The notes under the pieces are model-generated. The model had not been told where the DNA came from, ran no database searches, and saw only the letters and a list, made by a program, of their open reading frames with translations. Positions 1 to 9,163 of a stretch of DNA of 64,000 bases are shown here, piece by piece; the first letter of the stretch is position 1, and each line of letters begins with the position of its first letter. Position numbers and translations under genes: made by a program. Origin of the DNA: a virus. Where the stretch lies: IMG/VR virus record IMGVR_UViG_3300020039_000031. One strand, 5' to 3'.

Positions 1-348
1 TGTACCTTTTTCTCGACGTTTATCTGCCATATTCTCACCTCGTGTAGTAAATATGTAGAAGTTCGAGAGCTCTGTACACTATAATGTACACTACTAACTG
101 GTACATTAGTTTACAGGATGTTCAAAAAGAAGTAAAGAGACATCATCAAAAAGCTAATAATTTGTACAAAGATAACAAAAATCCACCGCATTTCTTACGA
201 AATTTGGTGGAAATTTGGCAGGGGAAGAAGGTTTCGAACCCTCGGCCTACGGTTTTGGAGACCGTCGTGAAACGCTTATAATCAACTGCGTTGCAGTATA
301 GTATTGGCTCTATACTGACAAAATGTACACTATCTGTACACTATGTCA

Positions 349-540
349 TTATAAAACGTACTTCCTTCCTTCGTATGCTAGCATCCACTCACGGAGCCTT
401 GTCTCTCTTACATACATTCTATTATTAATATGTATAGTTGGGAAGCAATCTGATTTGAGCAACTCATATACCCTTCCTCTTCCCATATTAAGTATATGTT
501 GCAGGTCTTTACATGTCAATAGCTTATCGTTTCTGTCCAT
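349..540 (-). CDS. small helix-turn-helix DNA-binding protein (excisionase/AlpA-like)
   Basis: 63-aa ORF; LTCKDLQHILNMGRGRVYELLKS...IHINNRMYVRETRLREW looks like a Xis/MerR-type winged HTH. Confidence 0.45.
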   Translation of the reverse strand: MDRNDKLLTCKDLQHILNMGRGRVYELLKSDCFPTIHINNRMYVRETRLREWMLAYEGRKYVL

Positions 541-543
541 AGT

Positions 544-858
544 TTACACACAGTGTATCGGCATACGGTATATATCGGTCAGAATATTATCCGCCTCTTG
601 TTGTGACTTCACTTCGAGCACATCCCTTATAATACTGATCCATGGGTAGTTGTCTTTGAAGTATGCTATCGCTTCGATGTGGTTTTTGGCAAGTGTGTAG
701 TATGTGCTATCGTTGAGTTGTTTTGCGTATGTTGCTCTGATCTCATATAGTCTCATTCCTTCGTGCGGAACTAGCCTTGAAGCACAAAGCACTCCGCTTG
801 CGTCTCGTCGATAAAGGCAATCTGCGCGTCGTCCGCGCGCAATTTTTTCGTATTGCAT
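544..858 (-). CDS. hypothetical protein
   Basis: ORF track 544..924; the ATG at 858 (MQYEK) lies just past the upstream terminator hairpin, so the shorter start is preferred. Confidence 0.35.
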   Translation of the reverse strand: MQYEKIARGRRADCLYRRDASGVLCASRLVPHEGMRLYEIRATYAKQLNDSTYYTLAKNHIEAIAYFKDNYPWISIIRDVLEVKSQQEADNILTDIYRMPIHCV

Positions 859-860
859 AA

Positions 861-888
861 TAAAAAAAAGGGGCGGAATCCCGCCCCA
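861..888 (-). terminator. rho-independent terminator after the dUTPase gene
   Basis: minus-strand hairpin GGGGCGGGATTCCGCCCC followed by TTTTTTTT, directly after the stop at 905. Confidence 0.6.
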
Positions 889-904
889 CTCCTCCAGATG
901 TGTA

Positions 905-1429
905 TTATTTGCCCGTGCTTCCAAAACCGCCGTTTCTTATACCGTCAGCCTCATCATCAATAGTGATGCCGTATACAGTAAAGACGCCTTGCATATAACC
1001 ATCGCCACGCATCACTTCCATCTTCTTCCCTTCCCGGCCATCATTTGTAAGCTTTGCGATGATGTGCCCCTCGTTCTTTTCCGAGCCGTAATAATCACTA
1101 TCGATATTGCCGACAGTGTTGTCTAACTGGACTCTGTACTTGAATCCTTGGCCGCTCTTTGGCATACACATAAGCCACCATTCGTCGTTTATCCAGCATC
1201 GTATGCCAGTAGGAATAACGATGCTCTCACCTGCTTCGAGAGAAAACGGGAATGGCGCCCTAAAATCGTAACCAGATGACCCCCTTGTGGCGCGGGTTGG
1301 TAGCTGAATGATGTCGTATAGGTATTTAAGTTGAGACTTGTCACTGCAACAATCGGGCTGATGTGTTTTCATATCAGTAACCCACTGATCAAAACTTACC
1401 TTTTCAAATTGAGCTATTCGTCTATTCAT
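905..1429 (-). CDS. dut: dUTP diphosphatase (dUTPase)
   Basis: motifs SSGYDFRAP and PKSGQGFKYRVQLDNTVGNIDSDYYGSE match dUTPase motifs II-V. Confidence 0.8.
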   Translation of the reverse strand: MNRRIAQFEKVSFDQWVTDMKTHQPDCCSDKSQLKYLYDIIQLPTRATRGSSGYDFRAPFPFSLEAGESIVIPTGIRCWINDEWWLMCMPKSGQGFKYRVQLDNTVGNIDSDYYGSEKNEGHIIAKLTNDGREGKKMEVMRGDGYMQGVFTVYGITIDDEADGIRNGGFGSTGK

Positions 1430-1540
1430 TCATAATCCCCTTGTGTAAAGATGATTTAATTTCGTGGTGTCATATTGTTGTTGAACACAAACGCAATCGA
1501 GACAAGGTACATGACAAACATGAATACTAGGAAGTATGTA

Positions 1541-1723
1541 TCACCTATTTTTTATGTAGAGCCCACAGCGGCACATGCCGCTGTCCTGCTCTCTGAACTC
1601 TTTGCAGATACATTTTGTGTCTGCATTCCGTTCAAGGCGGCTTGGGCAGTAGCCGCTGTTTTGTTTCAGTTGCTTCTGAACCTCCCTAACATAATCTCTG
1701 TCAGGTTTTTTCTGTATTCCCAT
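1541..1723 (-). CDS. ferredoxin:thioredoxin/disulfide reductase catalytic-subunit-like small protein, paralog 2
   Basis: 60 aa; SGYCPSRLERNADTKCICKEFREQDSGMCRCGLYIK resembles the CPC...CHC spacing of the FTR catalytic chain. Confidence 0.5.
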   Translation of the reverse strand: MGIQKKPDRDYVREVQKQLKQNSGYCPSRLERNADTKCICKEFREQDSGMCRCGLYIKNR

Positions 1724-1864
1724 TGATCTTCTCCGCGAGATATTTCATGTACCTGTCGCATGTACTGAAAAAATTTGTGACGAACATATCATCGATGTTG
1801 CCTCCGTAGTTCTTATAGCTACGCTCACAATCATCGAACGGACAACTGTCGTTCTTACAGCACG

Positions 1865-2053
1865 TCAATCTGAAACCTCCTTGATATAAAGGCCGCAATG
1901 GCAAGTCCCTGACTTCATATCTTTGAAGTCTTTACACATACACTTCGTCTCTGGCACTTTTTCAAGAGCGCAGGGGCAATATCCGTCATTTTTGCGAAGA
2001 GCGTCGAGAATTTTCTCCCGATGCTCATGATTCTCTGTCATTTTGATTTTCAT
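1865..2053 (-). CDS. ferredoxin:thioredoxin/disulfide reductase catalytic-subunit-like small protein, paralog 1
   Basis: 62 aa; DGYCPCALEKVPETKCMCKDFKDMKSGTCHCGLYIK (CPC-x9-CMC-x10-CHC); tandem duplicate of 1541..1723. Confidence 0.5.
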   Translation of the reverse strand: MKIKMTENHEHREKILDALRKNDGYCPCALEKVPETKCMCKDFKDMKSGTCHCGLYIKEVSD

Positions 2054-2538
2054 CAGCTAATCTTCCTTGCGAATTGATTTTCGGATGCGAGTTGGACGCC
2101 AAGCACATCGTCAAATATTGGCTTTATATTGGGAATGTAGCGCCCAAACTTAATAATGATGTTTCCGAATTCCTGTAAGGCGGTCATAAAAGACTCGGTA
2201 ATTTCCTCCGGATAGTATCCTGTGTAAATAACGAAATCACACATCTCTCCGTGCTTACGAAAGGTTCGTACCAGTTCCAAAACTTCATCCGCCTGCAATA
2301 AGGGTTCAAGGCCGCCGATAACGACGGCCTTTGTAATATCATTTGACCTATACATATTTAATATAGTGTCGTCGGAAACATCACGAGGCTTAGATAGAGC
2401 AAGATCTGCGTTCTGACATATACTGATATCCAAGCCCTGCTCTCTACAGCACTTCCAGTCGCATTTTGAGCTGATGATAAACATGGATGGCAATCTGTAG
2501 TTGACGAAATCCTCAATTACAATGTCTTTGACGATCAC
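2053..2538 (-). CDS. nrdG: anaerobic ribonucleotide reductase activating protein (radical SAM)
   Basis: 161 aa, N-terminal Cys cluster KCDWKCCREQG; directly downstream of nrdD and overlapping it. Confidence 0.65.
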   Translation of the reverse strand: MIVKDIVIEDFVNYRLPSMFIISSKCDWKCCREQGLDISICQNADLALSKPRDVSDDTILNMYRSNDITKAVVIGGLEPLLQADEVLELVRTFRKHGEMCDFVIYTGYYPEEITESFMTALQEFGNIIIKFGRYIPNIKPIFDDVLGVQLASENQFARKIS

Positions 2539-4460
2539 TTCATGACTCCGTCGTTCGCCAAAACGTCTATCCAGCGTCGTTTATCGAACTCATTCTTACG
2601 AATTCGCTGATAACTGCTGACTGGCGTGTAAAACCCGACGACTCTTGCATATGTATCAGACACCGGTTTACCGCATTTTGGGCATGTGTTCATACCGATG
2701 AATGCGTGCTTGTCTTCGCAAACGCTGATCTTCGTGGTGAAAGCGAAATAAATAACCCCGTGGGACGCTACATAGTTCAGCATATCCCACGCGGTTTCTT
2801 CATTCTGAAATCTGTTCTCGATGTTGATATGGGCGATACAACCTCCGCCGCACTTCTTATCGAACAGAGAACCAAGCCTACACTTCTCTTGGATTGTGCA
2901 TTTCTCCATCAGCGGAATCCACTGATTCGAATATATAAAGTACTTGTTCTGCTCGAACAGGAGATTGTCCGCTTGGCAGATCACGCCAGCGCAGTTTTCC
3001 GCCGGTATCATTTCGATATTGAAAGAAAAGTCACAATCGAAATTATCTTTCACTTCGTTCATCACATCAAGAATCTCGGTTGCGAATTCAACAGCGGCTT
3101 CAGAATAAAACTTATTGCCAAGAACGTCTGTATCGATCAGGCCAAACAGATCCATGACCTCATACATACCGATACCGCCGATTGTACAGAACTGCTTGTC
3201 AAGCTCGACAGCTCCGTCCTGGTAGTTAGGCAAAAGCCCCTTCTCAATGTTTCGCTTGATGATGTGCCGCATGGAAAACAGTGCTTTACAGTCAAGGGTC
3301 ACGCGATCACGAAGGATGTTCAGATACTTCTTGCGGTTAAATCCGCTCTCATAGGCAATTCGCACGAGATTGATAGTGCTGACGCGGCAGGAACCGACAG
3401 ACAGCGCTGTACCGCCGATGGAGTTGATAAACGCATCGAGCTTTTTCGTATCTGATAACAGGCGGCAGCAGTTTGATAAGACGCCAACATTGTCGCTGAC
3501 GAAGAAGTTGCTGTCAGACCATCTAATGTTATGGTTGGAGCACCATCTGGCGAACTCTTCGTCTACGAATTTCCCGTTCTGATAGAGCAGTGAGTATGTT
3601 AAAACCGGATATGTGAACATATTGGTCTCACGAATCTCGCTGACTACATCCATAAATATCTTCTGCGCTTCGATCAGATCGTTGATGTGGTCAATGGCGA
3701 AAGTGCCGTCCGGGAACTCCACGCCTCCGAACAGCGATTCGAGATATGGATGATCGAAGATCGAAATATTAGTAAAGGCTGATTGATCTATCCTTAGGAA
3801 TGGTTGGTTAAGACGATAGATCAGCTTCTGATACTGCTGGCGAAGGTAGTAATCCGGATCTTTCATGAAGTATCCGTTCTCAACATCCTTCTTCCAGAAG
3901 TACCATGCCCAAATCAGTACATTGGGCATCCCAACTGCTCCGCTCTGGCGGTTTGACAGGAAGGAAACGAACTCGATCACATCATCGAAATATGTTGTAA
4001 GGTGCTTTGGAGCCTCGTTGTTGTAATTACCGAGGAAGAAAAGCCCTTCCTTGGCGAGCCTTGTGAAATCATTTGCCCAACAGTACGGGAAATAACTTGC
4101 TGTTGTACTATCGTTAAGGTAAAACCCCTTGCTGAATTCCTGCTCAAGCCATTGTTTCGCTGTGCGAAGTCCCCACTGCTTCTTGATTGTCATAAAGATC
4201 TTATTTAATCCAAAGAGCTTGTCCTCGCTCTTTGCTTTCTCCGTCATAAAGCTGCGGATATCCTTATGACTCACATTCGCATTTGGATCGATGCTCGCGT
4301 CGGCCACAGTTTCGTGATCAACGAAGTTCTCAATGAACTCCGAGAAATCGAGCTGGCTTGGATGAAGACCGTTGATATACTCAAAGTCCTCACCATATTT
4401 CTTTTTCAGTTCTTCAAGACACCGTTCAAAGTCCTTTGACAGTTTCAGTTCAATGTTCAT
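2535..4460 (-). CDS. nrdD: anaerobic ribonucleoside-triphosphate reductase, class III
   Basis: 641 aa; C-terminal Zn ribbon CPKCG followed by glycyl-radical-like motif ARVVGFYTP; ATP-cone-like N-terminus. Confidence 0.85.
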   Translation of the reverse strand: MNIELKLSKDFERCLEELKKKYGEDFEYINGLHPSQLDFSEFIENFVDHETVADASIDPNANVSHKDIRSFMTEKAKSEDKLFGLNKIFMTIKKQWGLRTAKQWLEQEFSKGFYLNDSTTASYFPYCWANDFTRLAKEGLFFLGNYNNEAPKHLTTYFDDVIEFVSFLSNRQSGAVGMPNVLIWAWYFWKKDVENGYFMKDPDYYLRQQYQKLIYRLNQPFLRIDQSAFTNISIFDHPYLESLFGGVEFPDGTFAIDHINDLIEAQKIFMDVVSEIRETNMFTYPVLTYSLLYQNGKFVDEEFARWCSNHNIRWSDSNFFVSDNVGVLSNCCRLLSDTKKLDAFINSIGGTALSVGSCRVSTINLVRIAYESGFNRKKYLNILRDRVTLDCKALFSMRHIIKRNIEKGLLPNYQDGAVELDKQFCTIGGIGMYEVMDLFGLIDTDVLGNKFYSEAAVEFATEILDVMNEVKDNFDCDFSFNIEMIPAENCAGVICQADNLLFEQNKYFIYSNQWIPLMEKCTIQEKCRLGSLFDKKCGGGCIAHINIENRFQNEETAWDMLNYVASHGVIYFAFTTKISVCEDKHAFIGMNTCPKCGKPVSDTYARVVGFYTPVSSYQRIRKNEFDKRRWIDVLANDGVMK

Positions 4461-4683
4461 TCTGGTCTGCCTCCTCCGCGTCTACCCATCTGCACGCGGC
4501 GGCAAAATCCATCAACGTATCATTGACCTGAAGAACCGGGACATATGTAATACCCATGTCTTGCATGGTCTTTATATCGTTGTTCTCTTTGAACGCCAAT
4601 CCTCTGGCGTTCATCTTTTTCTTCAACACGACGCACTGAGGGCAATCTGTGCTGTAAAGCGTAATATCATACATAGCATTCAA
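4450..4683 (-). CDS. nrdH: NrdH/glutaredoxin-like redoxin
   Basis: 77 aa with CPQC active-site motif; thioredoxin-fold spacing. Confidence 0.7.
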   Translation of the reverse strand: MNAMYDITLYSTDCPQCVVLKKKMNARGLAFKENNDIKTMQDMGITYVPVLQVNDTLMDFAAACRWVDAEEADQNEH

Positions 4684-5231
4684 TTCCTTTGATCTATGTG
4701 CTGAATCACCCGGTAGATGTCATCCCAGTTAAAAACCCGGTGCATACCGTGTATAGCCGCGTCATACCCGCGGTTGTGCGGCGCGTCCATCAGGATTTTG
4801 TGATAATCGCCGCCCTCTAAATTGTGGATTCCGTCGTCGATCAAAACATCGCCACGGATCATTTGTTTCTTTGTCGCCAGGATTACCTTGTCCCATGAAA
4901 GGAATGGATAGTATTTGAACAGCACGGTATCCATCTTCACTTCCACGGTCTTATAGTTGGAGTTCGTGACGATAAAAATATCGTGGCCGTCTGCCATTAG
5001 CTTCTGGAGCACTTCACTTGCTCCAGGAACCGGTTTGACATTCGCCCACAATTCCCCGTCTTTTAAGACGCCATATATTTGTTTGTGCGTAAGACCGGGA
5101 TAAAAATCTGTGATCCACCAACCAGTAACGTCTTCTGGATCAACATTCCGATCGTACTTTTTGTTGAGATATGGTATCCATGCCTGTAATAGCTGATCTA
5201 ATACCTCATCCATGTCTACAAGTATTGTCAA
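4680..5231 (-). CDS. 5'(3')-deoxyribonucleotidase, HAD family
   Basis: N-terminal DMDEVL (DxDxV/T HAD motif I) and VTNS; NT5C-like. Confidence 0.65.
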   Translation of the reverse strand: MTILVDMDEVLDQLLQAWIPYLNKKYDRNVDPEDVTGWWITDFYPGLTHKQIYGVLKDGELWANVKPVPGASEVLQKLMADGHDIFIVTNSNYKTVEVKMDTVLFKYYPFLSWDKVILATKKQMIRGDVLIDDGIHNLEGGDYHKILMDAPHNRGYDAAIHGMHRVFNWDDIYRVIQHIDQRN

Positions 5232-5794
5232 TCTGTCACCTCGTATCCATCTATAAGCGGCATTGGCTCGATCATACTATCGATCAGGTTATGTACATCC
5301 ACAATCAGATCGGACATTGGCCCGTTGTTATGGATCGTATAGTCTGCTTTCACACCGTCAAGCGAAGTCTCGGATGGATGATTCTTTTGCTTTTCGGTGA
5401 GACCGTTATCAAACCCATCACGAATTACACGAAGGAGCGACACATCAAACCCATATCCATTCATAGCACTGATCTCGTTCGGGAACCTTGTATCAGGAAT
5501 CAGAACAAAATCCCATTCGTCAGGGAAAAGATTGAGAACGCTTCCAATGAATCGAACCCAGAAGTTTTGATCCTGCGCACGAATAACGTCTGTGCCAACA
5601 TATTGCAGAAGCTGACGGCCATCCTCATCCTTCTTGCCGTCCCAACCAAAAAACATCTTACAGATGTATTTCAGCAGGTCGGCATAATGCGCAACCAGCA
5701 CACGAAAACCTCTTTCACGCAGCGTACTAGCCATGATCGACGCCGTAGTATCTTTTCCATGCTGCGCTTTCCCAGATATGCAGATTACCTTCAC
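5228..5794 (-). CDS. deoxynucleoside monophosphate kinase (T4 gp1-like)
   Basis: P-loop ISGKAQHGKDT; a start near 5794 avoids the overlap with the upstream gene. Confidence 0.6.
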   Translation of the reverse strand: MKVICISGKAQHGKDTTASIMASTLRERGFRVLVAHYADLLKYICKMFFGWDGKKDEDGRQLLQYVGTDVIRAQDQNFWVRFIGSVLNLFPDEWDFVLIPDTRFPNEISAMNGYGFDVSLLRVIRDGFDNGLTEKQKNHPSETSLDGVKADYTIHNNGPMSDLIVDVHNLIDSMIEPMPLIDGYEVTD

Positions 5795-6432
5795 GCCACC
5801 TCTTCCTCCTTCTCTTCTCTTGGAAGGATGAGCTCGGTTGCCATCGGGAGCGTTTCGACCCATCTGCAAAACTCTCTCCACTCGGGAAGCCGATGGTTTT
5901 TACGCTGCGCATAGACCGTTTTGAGAGCACGGTAGTTTGTCACGATGCCTGCGCGGAGCTTCATGCCGCATGGATTGCTGTACAGAAGCCGGAGGTAATC
6001 CTCTGGATCTCTTGTAGCATTATATCGATCTGCAAGTTCTTTCACGATCTCGATGCAACGTGGATCTGTGTATTTGATATATGATTCGTCGTAGTCGAAT
6101 CTAGCTATGCGGTGCATTGTCGATTGACTGCTGACGAAGTTCATAAACGTGTACCGTTCTTCCTCCGTCCATGCTTTAATCGTAAACTCAAGGTCAAACT
6201 CGACGGTAACGCCCGTCAGCCACTGGTCATGTCCCTCCCCCTTCTCACTCTGCGCAAGACCTCGGATTCCATCCGTCAGCTCTGCATTCAGGCATGACGT
6301 GTCGGTTGACATTGGATATTTTGCAAACCGGATGCTCTCATCGAGGCCGTATACATGCGTGTTTCGGCAACACCCGTAGTCTGTAACTATGTACTCACTC
6401 ATTTTCACAGTCCTCTTCTTCGTCATATTCAT
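5791..6432 (-). CDS. hypothetical protein in the nucleotide-metabolism cluster
   Basis: 213-aa ORF, no motif assigned with confidence. Confidence 0.4.
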   Translation of the reverse strand: MNMTKKRTVKMSEYIVTDYGCCRNTHVYGLDESIRFAKYPMSTDTSCLNAELTDGIRGLAQSEKGEGHDQWLTGVTVEFDLEFTIKAWTEEERYTFMNFVSSQSTMHRIARFDYDESYIKYTDPRCIEIVKELADRYNATRDPEDYLRLLYSNPCGMKLRAGIVTNYRALKTVYAQRKNHRLPEWREFCRWVETLPMATELILPREEKEEEVA

Positions 6433-6631
6433 CCCAGAAGCCGCATTCCGTGATTGGCGAGATCAGACATTCATCGATTATCTTATCCATGCACTCACAG
6501 CAGAGATCGATATCAAGATAATCCTCATCGTACCTTGATCCATACCCAAGACGTGTATGGAATGAGAACTTCTCCTGAATATCATAAACGTCCATGGTTT
6601 TTCCGCACTTATTGCAAATACAAATCCTCAA
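6395..6631 (-). CDS. small Cys-rich zinc-ribbon protein
   Basis: CICNKCGK ... CCEC pairs. Confidence 0.35.
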   Translation of the reverse strand: MRICICNKCGKTMDVYDIQEKFSFHTRLGYGSRYDEDYLDIDLCCECMDKIIDECLISPITECGFWDEYDEEEDCENE

Positions 6632-6652
6632 AGGCGTGTCTCCTGTTATGTA

Positions 6653-7387
6653 TTATTCCTCAAGCTCATCAGCGTGCTGACTAACCCACCCACGGTGATT
6701 GGTATGAAGCTCACAGATAGCAGCACGTTCCTTGCCGGAGAAATGGTTGATGTATCTGACAAATCCACTTGCGTTCGGATCGTCCAGATCGCATTGCTTA
6801 TCATGACCGATCACGATCACTTTGGATCGCGATCCAACTCTTGTAAGCGTTTTCTTGAGTTGCGCCGTCGTGTAGTTCTGCGCTTCGTCAAGAATAATTA
6901 CAGCTCTATCAAGGTTCGTTCCTCTCAGGAACGTATCTGTGATACAGGTGATATACCCAGTTCCGTTTTTCTGGTTCACCATGCTCTCATCGTTGATAGA
7001 TGTTGTCGGATTGACGTTGCAGTTGATGAGCGCCTGATAAAAAGCCTCGAAGTAGACAGCACTCTTTTCCGTGAAGCTACCAGGAAGATACCCTTGCTTT
7101 CGTTCGCCGTATGGCGACATGATGTACACGATCCCGTCGAACATACCGTAATGCACGAGGAGGTTTGCCACACCGGTCGCTATGGTTGTCTTTCCAGTAC
7201 CGGCTGTACTGTTGACAAACACGATATCAATGTCTGGATTCCAGATCGTATTCGCCAGCTCCAGTTGTTCCTTGTCCAGCTTTATACCGTAGAAGCACTC
7301 GTTCGTGATCTTCTCCGGCGGGTCTGGATGTGTCTCAATGTATGGTTTCTTTTTACTTGCCATAAACACCTCCTCTATGAAAACCAA
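6653..7387 (-). CDS. phoH: PhoH-like ATPase
   Basis: Walker A GTGKTT, DEAQN Walker B, and a PhoH-typical C-terminal region. Confidence 0.8.
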   Translation of the reverse strand: MVFIEEVFMASKKKPYIETHPDPPEKITNECFYGIKLDKEQLELANTIWNPDIDIVFVNSTAGTGKTTIATGVANLLVHYGMFDGIVYIMSPYGERKQGYLPGSFTEKSAVYFEAFYQALINCNVNPTTSINDESMVNQKNGTGYITCITDTFLRGTNLDRAVIILDEAQNYTTAQLKKTLTRVGSRSKVIVIGHDKQCDLDDPNASGFVRYINHFSGKERAAICELHTNHRGWVSQHADELEE

Positions 7388-7402
7388 GTTTTATAAGCAA
7401 AA

Positions 7403-8161
7403 TCATGCCAATTTTTCTCCGTTTTCGAGCTTTTTCATAAACGAATCGAACGCTTTCTCATCAATTACGTCCGATTCATCTTTGATTTTGAGCTTTTTCA
7501 GAGCATTTTTGAGCGCATCACTTCGACGCCATGTTTTCCCACGCATGGATTCGTCATACGCATACTGAAATGTTGTACCGGATGAGCACCACGGACCACT
7601 AATCGTGCTTGTTGGTATGGTGGTTGACCTTTCCATGTATGTTGGTGATGTCGTTGTGTGCGCATAAGTTGTAGCAGATGATGTTGTAGGCATACTCCAT
7701 GGTTCATTACTAACAATATAGCGGTAATCAGGAGTCGCATCGACACACATAGATAATGATGGCAACCAATCGCGGAGATCGTATGTATCCTGCATCTTCT
7801 CTAACGATAGAAACGCCATACGATCTATTTCCGGCACAGAAATGTCAAATAGGATTCGATCAAAGTGATGACCAGCTTGGTAAATTGCAGCTCCAGTATT
7901 AGCAGTGGATGAGCTCATCATATAAATGGAGCTGCCATTACTAAACCGAATCCAATCATATCGTGCCATCAGCTCGACATTCACGTCAGACTCGATGCGT
8001 TCAGCACCATCTATCCTACCGGCTCTAATTCCGTCCTCGAAGAGCTTTTTAACACGCTCCACTTCATCTGCGTACCTAAACAATAAACCTCCGACGAACC
8101 CTGGGTTTTCATAGCAATCAGTGAGAAGCTCAGTCAGGCTTTCCGAATCAAATTCCCGCAT
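7403..8161 (-). CDS. hypothetical protein (Thr/Ser-rich C-terminal half)
   Basis: 252-aa ORF. Confidence 0.4.
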   Translation of the reverse strand: MREFDSESLTELLTDCYENPGFVGGLLFRYADEVERVKKLFEDGIRAGRIDGAERIESDVNVELMARYDWIRFSNGSSIYMMSSSTANTGAAIYQAGHHFDRILFDISVPEIDRMAFLSLEKMQDTYDLRDWLPSLSMCVDATPDYRYIVSNEPWSMPTTSSATTYAHTTTSPTYMERSTTIPTSTISGPWCSSGTTFQYAYDESMRGKTWRRSDALKNALKKLKIKDESDVIDEKAFDSFMKKLENGEKLA

Positions 8162-8173
8162 TTGGTCACCGCC

Positions 8174-9163
8174 TTAGTAGACTTTGTCATAAAAAGTGAG
8201 TGTAAAGTATTGTCTATTCCGTTCATATCCTTTGCAGTAGATCACGTCGCCCTTATGTATCGGTTCCTTATCGAATACCCGATTAAAAACCGTGAAGCGG
8301 CTTTCAACGCCGCTTCCGATCGATTTTGTGATGACGGAATACCCAAACTTCTTTCCGTCACTTTTTCTTGCGAGAGGGAAAACATCGAGAACATAGAGCT
8401 TTCTTCTGTCCTCTTCCTTGCCGGATGTGTATCCGACATAGCCCATAGCGTCGTGGAAGTTTTGTATCTTCACAATGTCTGGCAAATCTTCCAGACGAGC
8501 CGCCATGATTGCATCTTCAACTCCGCGCATGATCGCGTGGATATCCTGAATGACGTAGCTTTTGGACTCAGCGCCATTCTTCGTTTTCCCGTTTGAGTAT
8601 TGTGCGATAATCTCACCGAACGGTGTTCCATCGACAGATTCCTTCTTGATCTGTTTGACCTCTCCGTCCTTTAACAACTGACTGAACACATCAATGATGC
8701 GAAGCAATTCTCTTTGATTGCCGAAGTCGGAAAAGAAATCCAGCTTAACGAGGATCTCAAGTTGGCGCGAGTTTATGCTTGTCTTTGACTTAAGATCGGC
8801 GACCAAATCAATGAATCGTTCATAATGATTCTTCGAGAGGATGAACATTTCATCTGCGAGCTGTTCGCTCATGTACTTGATCGATGTGACACCCTTTGCG
8901 ATGATGTTTTTGTCCCGGTCGAAGTAGTACTCACCTTTGGATACGCCCCATTTTGGCATCGTCACTTTGATCCCGACCTTTGTTGCGTATGCAGTACCGT
9001 TTCTGATATCCTCATCGTTTGCCGCATTGTTCAAAAACGACGTGACAAATTCCAAAGGATGATAGTAGCGATAATATCCACACAGATACCCTAGAAGGCA
9101 ATATGCGATTGAATGATTATCACGCATTCCACCATTACTGGTGGCGTAGACTATATCTTCCAC
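8174..9163 (-). CDS. dnaE: DNA polymerase III alpha subunit (DnaE-type), C-terminal part / exon 2
   Basis: NHSIAYCLLGYLCGYYRYYHPLEF matches the DnaE NKSHSAAYAL...AHYPAEF finger motif; the true 5' boundary is near 9130. Confidence 0.7.
   Translation of the reverse strand: MEDIVYATSNGGMRDNHSIAYCLLGYLCGYYRYYHPLEFVTSFLNNAANDEDIRNGTAYATKVGIKVTMPKWGVSKGEYYFDRDKNIIAKGVTSIKYMSEQLADEMFILSKNHYERFIDLVADLKSKTSINSRQLEILVKLDFFSDFGNQRELLRIIDVFSQLLKDGEVKQIKKESVDGTPFGEIIAQYSNGKTKNGAESKSYVIQDIHAIMRGVEDAIMAARLEDLPDIVKIQNFHDAMGYVGYTSGKEEDRRKLYVLDVFPLARKSDGKKFGYSVITKSIGSGVESRFTVFNRVFDKEPIHKGDVIYCKGYERNRQYFTLTFYDKVY

Noticed and set aside
1701-1904. 67-aa ORF between the two FTR-like paralogs
   Set aside because: Overlaps both paralogs in another frame; probably spurious, although a small linker gene cannot be excluded.
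2706-3455. 249-aa plus-strand ORF
   Set aside because: Antisense within nrdD; a shadow ORF.
6674-7396. 240-aa plus-strand ORF
   Set aside because: Entirely antisense to the well-supported PhoH-like gene and without motifs; a shadow ORF.
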